Assembly: GCA_963719315.1 (NCBI GenBank) | Contig: CAVRBU010000012.1 | Span: 32,001-96,000 of the forward strand | Direction: 5' to 3' | Source of the DNA: an uncultured Planctomycetota bacterium | Lineage (GTDB): Bacteria > Planctomycetota > Planctomycetia > Pirellulales > Lacipirellulaceae | Length of the DNA stretch: 64,000 nucleotides | Shown: positions 42,196 to 52,548 of the stretch, piece after piece | Position numbering within the stretch: the stretch's first letter is position 1 | How the letters are laid out: every line of letters starts with the position of its first letter | The notes under the pieces: model-generated | What the model was told of the DNA's origin: nothing | What the model saw: only the letters and a program-made list of their open reading frames with translations | The model's database searches: none | Program-made: the position numbers and the translations under genes

Positions 42196-43596
42196 TTGGA
42201 CACAACCTTGGCCAATAAGCCCTGGAGCGGAGTTTTTGACCGGGCGACGGATCGTCGCGTCGAGAAGTTCACCGAAAGCGTGAGCTTCGACCGCCGCCTC
42301 TACGCCCACGATATCCGCGCCTCCATCGCTCACGCCCACATGCTCTCGAAAGTGGGTATCCTCTCGGACGATGAGCGGCACCAGATCATCACCGGCCTGG
42401 AGCAAATCGGCCACGAAATCGCCGCCGGCAACTTCGAATTTCGCGAGGACCTGGAAGACGTCCATATGAACGTCGAGCGGGCCCTTATCGACCGCATCGG
42501 CGACGTCGGCCGCAAGCTCCACACCGGCCGCAGCCGCAATGACCAGGTTTCGACTGACCTGCGGCTATGGGTCCGCGACGAAATCGACGCCATGTCGGCC
42601 CAGCTCGAATCCCTTCAGCGGGCGTTCCTCGGCCGGACCGAGCAGGACGCCGGCGTCATCTTGCCGGGCTATACGCACATGCAGCGGGCCCAACCCGTGC
42701 TGGCCGCCCACTATTGGCTGGCGTATTGCGAAAAACTGGAGCGCGACCGCGAGCGGCTCGCCGATTGCCGGGCCCGCGCCAATCAGCTTCCACTCGGCTC
42801 CGCCGCCTTGGCCGGCACCAGCATCCCCATCGACCGGCACATGGTGGCCGAGGAACTCGAATTCGACGGTATCGTGGCCAACAGCCTCGACGCCTCCAGC
42901 GACCGCGACTTTGTCTTGGAATTCGCCTTCGCGTTGTCGACGATCGCCGTCCACCTCAGCGGCTGGTCGGAAGAGTGGATCCTCTGGTCCACCACGGAGT
43001 TCGGTTTCATTCGCCTGCCACAGGAGTTCTGTACCGGCTCGTCGATCATGCCGCAGAAAATCAATCCCGATGTGCTGGAATTGATCCGCGGCCGTTCGGG
43101 CCGCGTCGTCGGCAATCTCGTCAGCCTGCTCGTACTCGTCAAGGGGTTGCCGCTGGCGTACAACCGCGATCTGCAAGAAGACAAGCAGCGGCTGTTCGAT
43201 TCGGTCGATACGGTGGCTGGCTGCCTGCAGCTTGCGGCCCCCATCGTCGCCGGCGCCAAACTCAACCGCGATCGAATTGCCGCCCGCATCAACGAGGGTT
43301 ACCTCGACGCGACGACGCTGATGGAACATCTCATCCTGAAAGGCGTTCCGCAGCGCACGGCCCACGAACTCATTGGCCGCCTGGTCGCCGCCGCCATGAA
43401 GCTAGGCGTACCGCTTGCCGACCTTCCGCTGGAAGAATTCCGCGCCGCCCATCCCGCGCTGGACGAAAGCGTGTTCGACGTCCTGGGCGTCGATCGAGCC
43501 ATCGAGGCGTTTTCAAGCTACGGCTCGACGAACCCCGAACAAGTCGAACATCAACTCGAACTATGGCGCGAGCGAATGTCGGAGAACGACGCATGA
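42196..43596 (+). CDS. argH: Argininosuccinate lyase
   Basis: EDVHMNVE, KLHTGRSRNDQV, GYTHMQRAQP, GSSIMPQKINPD, YNRDLQEDK. Confidence 0.96.
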   Translation: MDTTLANKPWSGVFDRATDRRVEKFTESVSFDRRLYAHDIRASIAHAHMLSKVGILSDDERHQIITGLEQIGHEIAAGNFEFREDLEDVHMNVERALIDRIGDVGRKLHTGRSRNDQVSTDLRLWVRDEIDAMSAQLESLQRAFLGRTEQDAGVILPGYTHMQRAQPVLAAHYWLAYCEKLERDRERLADCRARANQLPLGSAALAGTSIPIDRHMVAEELEFDGIVANSLDASSDRDFVLEFAFALSTIAVHLSGWSEEWILWSTTEFGFIRLPQEFCTGSSIMPQKINPDVLELIRGRSGRVVGNLVSLLVLVKGLPLAYNRDLQEDKQRLFDSVDTVAGCLQLAAPIVAGAKLNRDRIAARINEGYLDATTLMEHLILKGVPQRTAHELIGRLVAAAMKLGVPLADLPLEEFRAAHPALDESVFDVLGVDRAIEAFSSYGSTNPEQVEHQLELWRERMSENDA

Positions 43597-45521
43597 TCAA
43601 CAGTTACAAATTCACCGCTTGCGGCTTAGCAATAACCCTGCTGATTGCGCATTCAACCGCAATCATGGCGCAGGCTCCACCCCCCGCGCGACCCGCCGCC
43701 GCGGCAGTTCAACCCGGCGAGGCCGCTGACACGTCAACCGAACCTGTGCAGCCGCTGCTCGAAACGAACCCGGCCGTGCGCTCGGCGCTCGAAACGCCCC
43801 GCAAGGCGCCGCGCGATTTCGTGCAGGCGATCCTGTGGCTTATCGACTTAGGCCGGCCGGAACTCGCCAAACCAATTCTGGCGGAGCTGGCGAAACTCAA
43901 CATTACCGACGCCCAACGCGTCGCAATCGTCGGCGAATTCGGCTCGCAGGGAATGCTGCACCTGGCCCGCGCCACAGAACTCGGCCCAGAGGGGGCCGCC
44001 TTCGCCGAGGCCTGCATGGCAGCCGCGAGCGTAGCGGCCAACAATCCGCAACGAATTGCGACGCTCGTCAAGCAGTTGTCGGACCCGTCCGCCGAAGTCC
44101 GCACCGCGGCTCGCAACGACTTGGCCGCCACGGGGCAAATCGGCGCCACCGCGGCGCTCGAAGCGCTCGCTCGCGAAACCGATCCGCAGAGCCGCTCTGC
44201 CCTGCTCTCAGCGATCGAGCTCATGCACCGCTACGTGGATCGGCCGCTCCTGGCAATGCTCGAAACAAACGACGCCGCGCTCCGCGCGGAGGTCGTCGCG
44301 CTGCTAGAACGCCTCGCCGTTCCGCAAGCCGCACCGCTGCTCTCGGCGAGCTCCGCTTCAGCGGAGCGGGTACTTGCAACCGCCATCGCCAATTACAAAC
44401 GCGGTATGCCGCCCTTCGCAGCCGACGCCGCGAACCAAGTTGAACTCTGGAAGTGGAACGACGCCACCAAGTCATTTGCGTCCGCGCGCGTGCCAGCAGA
44501 TGAGGCTCAAATCATCTGGATCGCTCGCCTGGCCGACGACCTTGCCCGGATCCGACCAAAGAATCCAGATGATCAGCGGCAAGCGCTCGTGCTGCGGCTC
44601 GAAGCCGATGGAATCAAACGCGGGAAAGCGGTCGCCGGCAATCCGATCAACCCCACGTTGCTCGCCCATGCCGATCCGCAAGTGCTTAGCCAGGCCCTCG
44701 CTGAGGCCCTACGAGCGAATTATTCACACGCTGCCTTCGCGCTCGTTCAAGCGCTCGGCACGCACGGCGACCCCAATATCCTACTCACGGCAGACGGCAA
44801 ACCATCGCCGCTCGCCGATGCACTCACCAGCCCCAACCGCCGCGTGCGATTCGCTGCTCTGCAGGCGATCATGGCACTCAACCCGGCCACTCCGTATCCC
44901 GGTTCAAGCCTCGTTCCCGATGCACTTGCGTGGTTCGCCGGCAGCACGGGCGAGCGCCAGGCCGTGGTCGCCATGCCGAACATCGCCGCCGCCGCCGATT
45001 TAGCCGGCAAGCTCGCAACGCTGAACCTGGCTGCCGAACCCGTGAATCGCGCCCGCGACGCCGTCGACATGGCCCGCGCGATGCCCGACTTGGAGCTTGT
45101 CCTGATCGACATGAACATTCTCATACCAGACATCCGGCAGGCCGTGTATGAGCTCCGCATCAGCCCAACAACGGGCGACATTCCGATCGCGCTGCTCGCG
45201 GCCGATGGCCGGCTTGAGGCGGCAGATCGCCTGGCGTCTGAGCACACACGCGTGATCGCCATCCCGCGCCCACACACGTCCGAAGCGCTGGCCAGCACCG
45301 TCGAAGACCTGACCCGGCTCGCCGCTCGCGAGGAAGTGCCCGCCGCCGAACGAGTCGCCCAAGCAGAACAGGCCCGAAAGTGGCTGGCCACGCTCAGCGC
45401 CGGCAATCGTCCGTTCTACACATTCCGCCGCACGGCGTTGTGGAAACCCGCGCCCGGCCCACCCGTTCAAACGCCGCCGCCCGCGGAAGTTCCCGCCCCC
45501 GAAAACTTTCCCAACCCATGA
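43593..45521 (+). CDS. Exported HEAT/ARM-repeat protein with receiver-like C-terminal region
   Basis: ATG overlaps the argH stop; signal peptide; HEAT motifs [12 protein letters not shown] and [18 protein letters not shown]...DIPIALL segment. Confidence 0.75.
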   Translation: MINSYKFTACGLAITLLIAHSTAIMAQAPPPARPAAAAVQPGEAADTSTEPVQPLLETNPAVRSALETPRKAPRDFVQAILWLIDLGRPELAKPILAELAKLNITDAQRVAIVGEFGSQGMLHLARATELGPEGAAFAEACMAAASVAANNPQRIATLVKQLSDPSAEVRTAARNDLAATGQIGATAALEALARETDPQSRSALLSAIELMHRYVDRPLLAMLETNDAALRAEVVALLERLAVPQAAPLLSASSASAERVLATAIANYKRGMPPFAADAANQVELWKWNDATKSFASARVPADEAQIIWIARLADDLARIRPKNPDDQRQALVLRLEADGIKRGKAVAGNPINPTLLAHADPQVLSQALAEALRANYSHAAFALVQALGTHGDPNILLTADGKPSPLADALTSPNRRVRFAALQAIMALNPATPYPGSSLVPDALAWFAGSTGERQAVVAMPNIAAAADLAGKLATLNLAAEPVNRARDAVDMARAMPDLELVLIDMNILIPDIRQAVYELRISPTTGDIPIALLAADGRLEAADRLASEHTRVIAIPRPHTSEALASTVEDLTRLAAREEVPAAERVAQAEQARKWLATLSAGNRPFYTFRRTALWKPAPGPPVQTPPPAEVPAPENFPNP

Positions 45522-46576
45522 GCCGCAACGCCACGAACGTCGGTCCGCCGGTCGAGCCTCTGCCGGGCATCATCGGCTCCAGCCAAGCGATGATGGCTGT
45601 CTATCGACTGACGCGGCAAGTTGCTCGCAGCCGAGCCTCTGTTTTGTTGCTCGGCGAAACGGGGACCGGCAAGGAGCTCATCGCCCACGCGATTCACGAG
45701 CAAAGCCAGCGCCGCAACCGGCCGTTTGTGCGCGTCAACTGCGGCGCGCTCAGCGAGAGCCTGCTGGAAAGCGAGCTTTTCGGCCACGTTCGCGGCGCAT
45801 TCACGGGCGCAATCGACAACCGCACCGGCCGCTTCGAAGCGGCCCACACCGGCACGATCTTCCTCGACGAAATCAACTCCACCACGCCTCACCTGCAAGT
45901 AAAGTTGCTCCGCGCGCTCCAAGAGCGCGAGTTCGAGCGCGTGGGAGATACGCAAACGATCCGCGTCGATACGCGGGTCATCGCCGCCAGCAACCGCGAC
46001 CTGTTGGCCGAGTCGGCGGCCGGCCGTTTCCGCGAGGATTTGTATTATCGGCTTAATGTAGTCCCTCTTCATTTGCCGCCGCTACGCGATCGCCGCGAGG
46101 ATATCCCCGAACTGGTCGCTCATTTCCTCGACTTATACAATGAACAGAACGACCGCTATGTGGCCTATATCGAGCCGCGAGCTCTAGCTGCACTGCAGCA
46201 TTACCAGTGGCCCGGCAACGTACGCGAGTTGCAAAACTACGTCGAACGGGCCGTTGTCATGGCGACCGGTGACGAGCTCACGCTCGACTTATTGCCGTCC
46301 GCGGTAACAACCGGACGCACGCCACGGGCGATCGGCGTGGCCCTCGATTTCAACTCCTTGGCGGAAGAACTGGTCCACCTTGGCATGGGCGAGGCCGGTG
46401 ACGAGGCCGACGACGTTCACAGCCGCATCGTCGATCGCGTTGAACGCGAAGTGATTGCCCAAGTCCTACACCAATGTGAAGGCGTCCAAATCAAAGCCGC
46501 CAGCCGGCTGGGTATCAACCGCAACACGCTCCATAAGAAACTAAAACAATACGGCCTCGACGGCGAACAAACCTAG
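45518..46576 (+). CDS. sigma-54-dependent activator (AAA+ and Fis HTH, no N-terminal sensor domain)
   Basis: [46 protein letters not shown]. Confidence 0.93.
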   Translation: MSRNATNVGPPVEPLPGIIGSSQAMMAVYRLTRQVARSRASVLLLGETGTGKELIAHAIHEQSQRRNRPFVRVNCGALSESLLESELFGHVRGAFTGAIDNRTGRFEAAHTGTIFLDEINSTTPHLQVKLLRALQEREFERVGDTQTIRVDTRVIAASNRDLLAESAAGRFREDLYYRLNVVPLHLPPLRDRREDIPELVAHFLDLYNEQNDRYVAYIEPRALAALQHYQWPGNVRELQNYVERAVVMATGDELTLDLLPSAVTTGRTPRAIGVALDFNSLAEELVHLGMGEAGDEADDVHSRIVDRVEREVIAQVLHQCEGVQIKAASRLGINRNTLHKKLKQYGLDGEQT

Positions 46577-46675
46577 ACAAGGAGTCAAGGAGAATCAGGG
46601 TAGCTGAATTCTTGCGAATTCAGCTACTTCGTTAGGAAGCGATCACAATCTCCTTGTCTCCTTGCCTCCTTGTCT
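46575..46675. repeat. Nested palindromic intergenic element
   Basis: Outer arms AGACAAGGAGTCAAGGAGA / TCTCCTTGTCTCCTTGCCTCCTTGTCT around a perfect hairpin GTAGCTGAATTC-TTGC-GAATTCAGCTAC (46600-46627). Confidence 0.75.
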
Positions 46676-46689
46676 CCCCCTCTCCTTAA

Positions 46690-47592
46690 ATGATCTCCGG
46701 TATCACAATCATCGTTTTCGCCGCGTGCTACGCGATCGCGTTCGCCCTCGAACTCACAAGTCTTCGCCGCCGGCCTGCCTGGTTCCCAGCGCCGCTCATC
46801 ATCGCCACGGTCGTGGGTCTGGCTCTACACTCACTCTATCTCGTTCGCAGCGCCATCGGCTCCAACGCCCTCCCGATTTCCACGGCCGATTGGCTCCTCT
46901 GGGCCGCCTGGCTCTTGGCGATCGTATATCTCACCGCGTTGTTCTATCTGCCGCGCAGCCCCACCGGCCTCGTGCTCTTGCCGATCGTTCTGGGCTTGGT
47001 GCTTGGTTCGCGGTGGGCGAGCACCGAGCCGCTGGCGTCCGAACGATCTTTTTACGTCCTCGGCATGCTTCACGGGATGTTGCTGCTCGCCGGCACCGTG
47101 ACCGTTTGCGTTGGCTTTCTCGCCGGCTTGATGTATCTCGTACAAAGCTACGCGTTGAAACACGCCCGCTCCGCCGCCAATCGCTTGCGCCTCCCCAGCC
47201 TGGAATGGCTGGAGCGCGTCAACGGCCGGACACTGGGAATTTCCGCCGTCCTAATCGCGCTCGGCTTCGTATCCGGCATGGTGATGACGCTAGCCAAGCA
47301 TCGGGACGATGCAACATACGACCTGTGGACCGACCCAGTCGTCCTCAGCCTCGCCGCCATGCTCGTGTGGCTAGTCGCCGCCGAAGTTTTTCGGCTCATC
47401 TATCCAGCCGCCCGCCGCGGACGCAAAGTGGCGTACCTCACACTCGCCTCATTCGTTTTTCTAGTAATCGCCCTGGCCTCGTTTACGCTGCTCGATAACG
47501 TACATGGCTCGAGCCGCGCCGAACGCAAGAGCTTGCCTTCCGTCGACTGGGTTCCACACTCGACACTCGATGCTCGACATTCGACCGCATGA
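46690..47592 (+). CDS. CcsA/HemX-like membrane protein (cytochrome c assembly family)
   Basis: About eight TMs, LH...GLMYLVQ, RLPSLEWLER, WTDP; overlaps the hemA start. Confidence 0.8.
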   Translation: MISGITIIVFAACYAIAFALELTSLRRRPAWFPAPLIIATVVGLALHSLYLVRSAIGSNALPISTADWLLWAAWLLAIVYLTALFYLPRSPTGLVLLPIVLGLVLGSRWASTEPLASERSFYVLGMLHGMLLLAGTVTVCVGFLAGLMYLVQSYALKHARSAANRLRLPSLEWLERVNGRTLGISAVLIALGFVSGMVMTLAKHRDDATYDLWTDPVVLSLAAMLVWLVAAEVFRLIYPAARRGRKVAYLTLASFVFLVIALASFTLLDNVHGSSRAERKSLPSVDWVPHSTLDARHSTA

Positions 47593-48881
47593 CAGCCCCC
47601 CTTCAACTCGCGATGGTCGGTTGCAGCCACAGGCATTCCAGCCTGGCGGTTCGCGAGCGATTGGCGTTCACGCCCGAACAGGCGCTCGATGCGCTCGCTG
47701 CCTGGCGCGTGACGCATCCCGATCAAGAGGCGGTGCTCATCTCCACCTGCCATCGCGTCGAGTTGTATGCAGCAGCAGCCGATCCTGACGTTCGCGTTGA
47801 GACGCCCGCGATCACTCACTTTCTCACCGACTTTCACAATGTTCCGATCGAGGAAGCCGGAAAAGAATTGGCCGCGCTCGAAGGCGAGCAGGCCGTCCGC
47901 CACTTATTTCGCGTAGCGGCCAGCCTCGACAGCATGGTCGTCGGCGAGGCCCAGATTCTGTCGCAAGTCAAACAAGCCTACGAACTGGCCAACAAAATCG
48001 GCAGCGCCGGCCCCGTGACTCATGGTTTTTTCCAAAACGCGATCCGAGTGGCCCGCCGCGTGGCCAACGAAACGCCGCTCCACCGCCATCGCGTGAGCAT
48101 TCCCAGCGTGGCGATCGCCGATTTTGCGGCCCGCATCTTCGAACGCTTCGACGACAAGCGCGTGCTCGTCGTCGGCGCCGGTAAAATGGCCCAGGAAACG
48201 CTTCAGTATTTGTCCGACGCCGGCGCCAAGAAAATCGTCGTTCTCAATCGCGACATCGAGCGCGCCCGGACGCTGGCCGCGCAGTGGGAAGGTCAAGCCG
48301 CCCCGTGGGAAGGCCTCCACAAGCAGCTCGTTCTGGCGGACCTGGTTGTGAGTACCACCGGCGCCGATCGCCCCGTCGTCTCGCTCGAAGACTTTCAGCA
48401 ACACGTCGCTCGCAATCGCCACCAGCGGCCGCTGTTCGTGCTCGATCTGGCGATGCCGCGCGATTTCGAGCACGCGATCGGTGACGAGTTGGGCGTTTAT
48501 CTATACGGCATCGACGACCTGGCCGAGGCCTGTAATCGCAATCGCGAAGCACGGGCTGAAGCCCTGCCGGTCGCCGAGCGAATCATCGAGGAAGAAGTCC
48601 GCGCGTTCATGGCCGATACGCATCACCGAGCGTCAGGCCCGGTCATCGCCCGCTTCCGGGAAGGCCTGGAGAACACGCAAGCCGCGGAGCTGACGCGCCT
48701 CTATGCGAAGTTGCCCGAGTTAGACGACCGCTCGCGCCGCGAAATCCAACAATTCGCCGATCGGCTTGTGGCCAAGATGTTGCACCCGCCCCTGGAATCC
48801 TTGCGCGACGAATCTCGCAATGGCTCCGTGCACGGCCTGCTGGAAGCGCTGCAGCGACTGTTCCAGCTCAAAGACGACTAG
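47589..48881 (+). CDS. hemA: Glutamyl-tRNA reductase
   Basis: STCHRVE, SLDSMVVGEAQILSQVK, GAGKMA, DLAMPRD. Confidence 0.96.
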   Translation: MTAPLQLAMVGCSHRHSSLAVRERLAFTPEQALDALAAWRVTHPDQEAVLISTCHRVELYAAAADPDVRVETPAITHFLTDFHNVPIEEAGKELAALEGEQAVRHLFRVAASLDSMVVGEAQILSQVKQAYELANKIGSAGPVTHGFFQNAIRVARRVANETPLHRHRVSIPSVAIADFAARIFERFDDKRVLVVGAGKMAQETLQYLSDAGAKKIVVLNRDIERARTLAAQWEGQAAPWEGLHKQLVLADLVVSTTGADRPVVSLEDFQQHVARNRHQRPLFVLDLAMPRDFEHAIGDELGVYLYGIDDLAEACNRNREARAEALPVAERIIEEEVRAFMADTHHRASGPVIARFREGLENTQAAELTRLYAKLPELDDRSRREIQQFADRLVAKMLHPPLESLRDESRNGSVHGLLEALQRLFQLKDD

Positions 48882-48950
48882 GTCGAGCAGACATTAGTGT
48901 CTGCCGATGCCATCGATGGTAGACAGGATTGTCTGTCCCACGTCCCTGCC

Positions 48951-49364
48951 TTACTCCTCTTCCTCATCCTCGAACTCATATTCGAGTTCTTCGTCTTCCT
49001 CTTCTTCGTCCTCGTCGTCGAAATCCTCGTCATCCTCGTCGTCGTCATCTAGCTCGTCTTCGGCGATCTCATCGTCCTCGACTTCTTCCCATTCGTCTTC
49101 CTCGAGGTCGTCCTCTTCATCATCATCCTCGTCCAGGTCGTCATCGTCGTCGATCTCATCGTCGTCGAAGTCGTCATCCTCATCGAGATCGTCATCGTCT
49201 TCGAACTCGTCATCATCGAGATCGTCATCGTCCTCAAGCTCGTCGTCGTCCTCCTCGTCGTCCTCTTCCTCTTCTTCTTCCTCCTCTTCTTCGTCCTCGT
49301 CTCTCCGCGCGGACTTCAGTTGGCGTTCCAACAGGGCCACGGCACGCATTTCTTCCAGACTCAT
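48951..49364 (-). CDS. Extremely acidic Asp/Glu-rich protein (137 aa)
   Basis: MSLEEMRAVALLERQLKSARR followed by a long D/E tract with sparse hydrophobic residues; RBS TTGGAG; downstream of scpB on the same strand. Confidence 0.7.
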   Translation of the reverse strand: MSLEEMRAVALLERQLKSARRDEDEEEEEEEEEEDDEEDDDELEDDDDLDDDEFEDDDDLDEDDDFDDDEIDDDDDLDEDDDEEDDLEEDEWEEVEDDEIAEDELDDDDEDDEDFDDEDEEEEDEELEYEFEDEEEE

Positions 49365-49563
49365 CGTGGGGATCTCCAAATACTTGGATCGTTTGCCGTT
49401 TGGTCGCTCCCAGCGCAACGTCCAACATAGGGTGAGTAGGCGAGTAGATGAATCGGCAATTCGCAGCCGATTAAATGAGTGCAACGCCGATTCAATTACT
49501 CACTTACTCGCCGTCCCCCAAACAGCAGCATACGATCTTACCATGGAAAGCAAAACACACAGC

Positions 49564-50324
49564 CTATGCAGCTTTAATACTGTCGGTCAAGCCAGCCTCG
49601 GAGCCTGTAAAATCCGGCGCAGATTCGCTGTTTAGTTCGTAGGTAGCTGGTGTTCTCCGCAATTGAGCAGCCCAGGGAAGCTGGTCCAAATTGCACAGGC
49701 CGAATACTTCCAGAAATCGCTTCGTTGTTCCATAACGGAGCGGACGACCTAATTCTTCCGAACGGCCCACAATACGCAAGAGGTCGCGGTCCATCAACAG
49801 CCGCAATATTTCGCCACAAGCCACGCCGCGGATGGCTTCCACCTCGGCCCGCAACACCGGCTGCCGATACGCCACCACGGAAAGCGTCTCCAAGGCGGGG
49901 GGGAGAGCCGGATTTCGCGCTCCGAAGCACGCTGCGGGCGTAGCCATTGTGCGAATTCGCGGCGGCTGAGCAGTTGATGCCCCCCCGCCACCTGCGCCAC
50001 CTGAAACGCACAGCCCCGTTCGTCGTACCGCCCCCGCAAGTGCTTGAGGGCCGTTCTGGCCTCCGTTGCATCGGCCAGATTGGCCATTTGGGCTAACTTC
50101 CGCAGCGATAACGGTTCGCGGGCTAGAAACAACACCGCTTCCAACCGGCTGCGGCGTACCAGCGAAAGCGTGCCGTCGGTGGTCGATGATCGACCACCGA
50201 CAAGTCGTCGTTGCAGCGAGCGGGGCGAGCGGCTGAAGGCGCAAAAGGCGGCCGCCGCCGATGGTCGGCGTCCCACAAGGCACAGCAAGCCGCGGCTAGA
50301 CGACGATTTCCACAAATGATGCAT
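49564..50324 (-). CDS. scpB: SMC-Scp complex subunit ScpB (frameshift at G7 near 49900; start uncertain)
   Basis: LEAVLFLAREPL, QVAGG.QL, then ALETLSVVAYRQPVLRAEVEAIRGV, GRPLRYGTT..FLEVFGL. Confidence 0.88.
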
Positions 50325-50386
50325 TGTTTGATTCAACCAAAACCACAGAGCACGAATTCCGACTCCCTGCTCCTAGCTCCCCCGCT

Positions 50387-51001
50387 CTAGTACCGGAGCC
50401 GGCCACCATCCCGCTGCGCAACTTGCCACGCTTCAACCTTGGCGATGACTTGCTCCACGGCCACCACAGGTTCCGCAGCGACCGACTCGAAATGCTGCGT
50501 CATCGCGGGTGCATTCGCGAGCGGCGCGCGGCAGCTAAACCGATAGAGGTTTCCGCTGCTTCCCCAGGCTGCCAGATTTGTGTCGGCCGCCCCCAATTGC
50601 TGCAATCGCGACATCAACTCCGACATGCGATCGCTGCCGGCCGGTGTTGCGGTTGGCAGCAGAATTGCAGCGGCTGGCGACGAAGGGCTTTCTGGCAGCA
50701 ACTTTGGCGCCTCGGTTGACGTCAACGGTGGATTTTGCGGTGCCAGGACGGGAGCTCCGGAAATCGCACTAGGCGATTGGTTCGCATTGCTTGCCGGCGG
50801 CGCGGCTACACGTGGGTCGAGTGGAACGTTCGCTGACGCCTGCTGCCGACTCTGAATCGCCGACTGTGCCATCTCAATGGCCTGCGTGGCGACTGCCTTC
50901 ACTTGCTCATTAGTCGGGCCGTACAGGTGCCAGCCTTTGACGGCCACCGCCGCGACGCCCACCATCACCACGGCACGAAAGATCGTTTGAAACGACGGCA
51001 T
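50387..51001 (-). CDS. Hypothetical protein with N-terminal membrane anchor
   Basis: 204 aa ORF: TM, Pro/Ala linker, globular C-terminus. Confidence 0.65.
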   Translation of the reverse strand: MPSFQTIFRAVVMVGVAAVAVKGWHLYGPTNEQVKAVATQAIEMAQSAIQSRQQASANVPLDPRVAAPPASNANQSPSAISGAPVLAPQNPPLTSTEAPKLLPESPSSPAAAILLPTATPAGSDRMSELMSRLQQLGAADTNLAAWGSSGNLYRFSCRAPLANAPAMTQHFESVAAEPVVAVEQVIAKVEAWQVAQRDGGRLRY

Positions 51002-51179
51002 ATTTTTAGCTCCGTTATCTCTCTCGGACTGCGGATTTTGCAGCGACTTTCACGCTCCACGCGTACCCTCCACGCGGGCCGCGAATCATACCCGCCCGTT
51101 ATTCCGCCCCACAATGCCAGATCGCCTCAATTTTCCCCGAGCATTTTCGACCCCCACACCGCACGCCTATGATGAACGC

Positions 51180-52349
51180 ATGCCTCAGCCCATTTATCTC
51201 GACCACAACGCCACCACCCCGGTCTTCCCCGAAGTGGTCGAAGCCATGCGCCGATGCTGGGCCGAACCCTACCTCAACCCCGCCAGCCAACACGAATTCG
51301 GCCGTGCGGCGCGGCGCGTTCTGGAAGACGCCCGCGACTGCATCGGTGAACTCCTCGGCGCCGGACCACGCGACCGCGTGATCTTCACCAGCGGCGGCAC
51401 CGAGGCCAATAACCTCGCACTCCTCGGATTTTTCCCCGACGGCGCGGGTCGCTTGAGCGACCCCGAAACCCGCCAACTGCGCCACCTCATCATATCCGCC
51501 ATCGAACACCCCAGCATCGCCAACCTCGCCGATCACTTAATTCAAACCGGCTACACCGTCGACCGTCTCGGCGTCGATGCGAACGGCGTCATCCGCGCAT
51601 CCGAATTGACACATCTGCTGCTTCCCGAAACGCGGCTCGTCGCCGCAATGCTAGCCAGCAACGAAACCGGCGTGCTGCAACCCGTCGCCGAATTGTCCGC
51701 CATCTGCAACAAACACCATATTCCGATTCACACCGATGCCTCGCAGGCCGCCGGCAAGTTGTCGCTCAATTTTCGCGAATTGGGAGTGGCCAGTATGACG
51801 ATCGCCGCCCACAAATTCGGCGGACCAATCGGTATCGGCGCACTCGTCGTGCGGCACGATGTAAGTCTCGAACCACAACTCTTCGGCGGCTTCCAACAAG
51901 CCGGCACACGTCCCGGCACCGAATCCGTCGCTCTCGCCGTCGGCCTGTGCCGCGCATTGGAACTCTGGCATACGGAACAAGAAGGTCGCATCGATCGCAT
52001 GCGCGAGCTGCGCGATCGCTTCGAGAACGCGATCCTGTCCGACTACCGAGACGCTGTCATTATCGGTGGGAAAGCTGAGCGACTTCCACACGTCTCGAAC
52101 ATCGCGTTCATCGGCCTCGATCGCCAACAACTTTTTATCGCGCTGGATCAGGCCGGCATCGCCTGCTCGACCGGTTCCGCCTGCGCGAGCGGCTCCAGCG
52201 AACCCTCTCCTGCACAAATCGCGATGGGCTGCGAACCGGCCGTAATTTCGAGCGCTCTGCGGTTCAGCTTGGGCGTGGGCACTACCCGCGCCGAGATCGA
52301 GGAGGCTGCCAAACGTATCATCAACGTTTGCAATGGTTTGCGACGATAG
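51180..52349 (+). CDS. Cysteine desulfurase (IscS/NifS family)
   Basis: YLDHNATTP, FTSGGTEANN, EHPS, AHKFGGP, STGSACASG. Confidence 0.93.
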   Translation: MPQPIYLDHNATTPVFPEVVEAMRRCWAEPYLNPASQHEFGRAARRVLEDARDCIGELLGAGPRDRVIFTSGGTEANNLALLGFFPDGAGRLSDPETRQLRHLIISAIEHPSIANLADHLIQTGYTVDRLGVDANGVIRASELTHLLLPETRLVAAMLASNETGVLQPVAELSAICNKHHIPIHTDASQAAGKLSLNFRELGVASMTIAAHKFGGPIGIGALVVRHDVSLEPQLFGGFQQAGTRPGTESVALAVGLCRALELWHTEQEGRIDRMRELRDRFENAILSDYRDAVIIGGKAERLPHVSNIAFIGLDRQQLFIALDQAGIACSTGSACASGSSEPSPAQIAMGCEPAVISSALRFSLGVGTTRAEIEEAAKRIINVCNGLRR

Positions 52350-52548
52350 AAAGACGCCCGATTTTCGCTTTTCGCCGCTCCCGCCTCAGACCCCAATCGG
52401 GTAGAATTCAGGCTTCCGATTTCGGTCCGGAAAACGGCCTTAGCGGACTGGCTGCATTGGCAATCAGTTGCCCCGCAATCGCGGACCGATCAAGCCTCTC
52501 TCACCCCGCGTTGGGGCTACGTTTTTTGCTTCTGCGGACGGAGCCGAC

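Noticed and set aside
42567..43592. N-terminal 342 aa of the 984 aa track ORF
   Set aside because: Arg/Pro-rich off-frame overlap with argH; the real gene starts at ATG 43593 with a signal peptide
46690..47592. Counting this gene as a fourth complete maturation system
   Set aside because: It lacks the full WGxxWxWD motif and a CcsB partner, and sits with hemA as HemX-like genes do
48907..49635. 242 aa poly-Ser ORF on the + strand
   Set aside because: It is the antisense shadow of the D/E-rich gene (GAC/GAG codons read as TCx); the minus-strand ORF has an RBS and fits the scpB orientation
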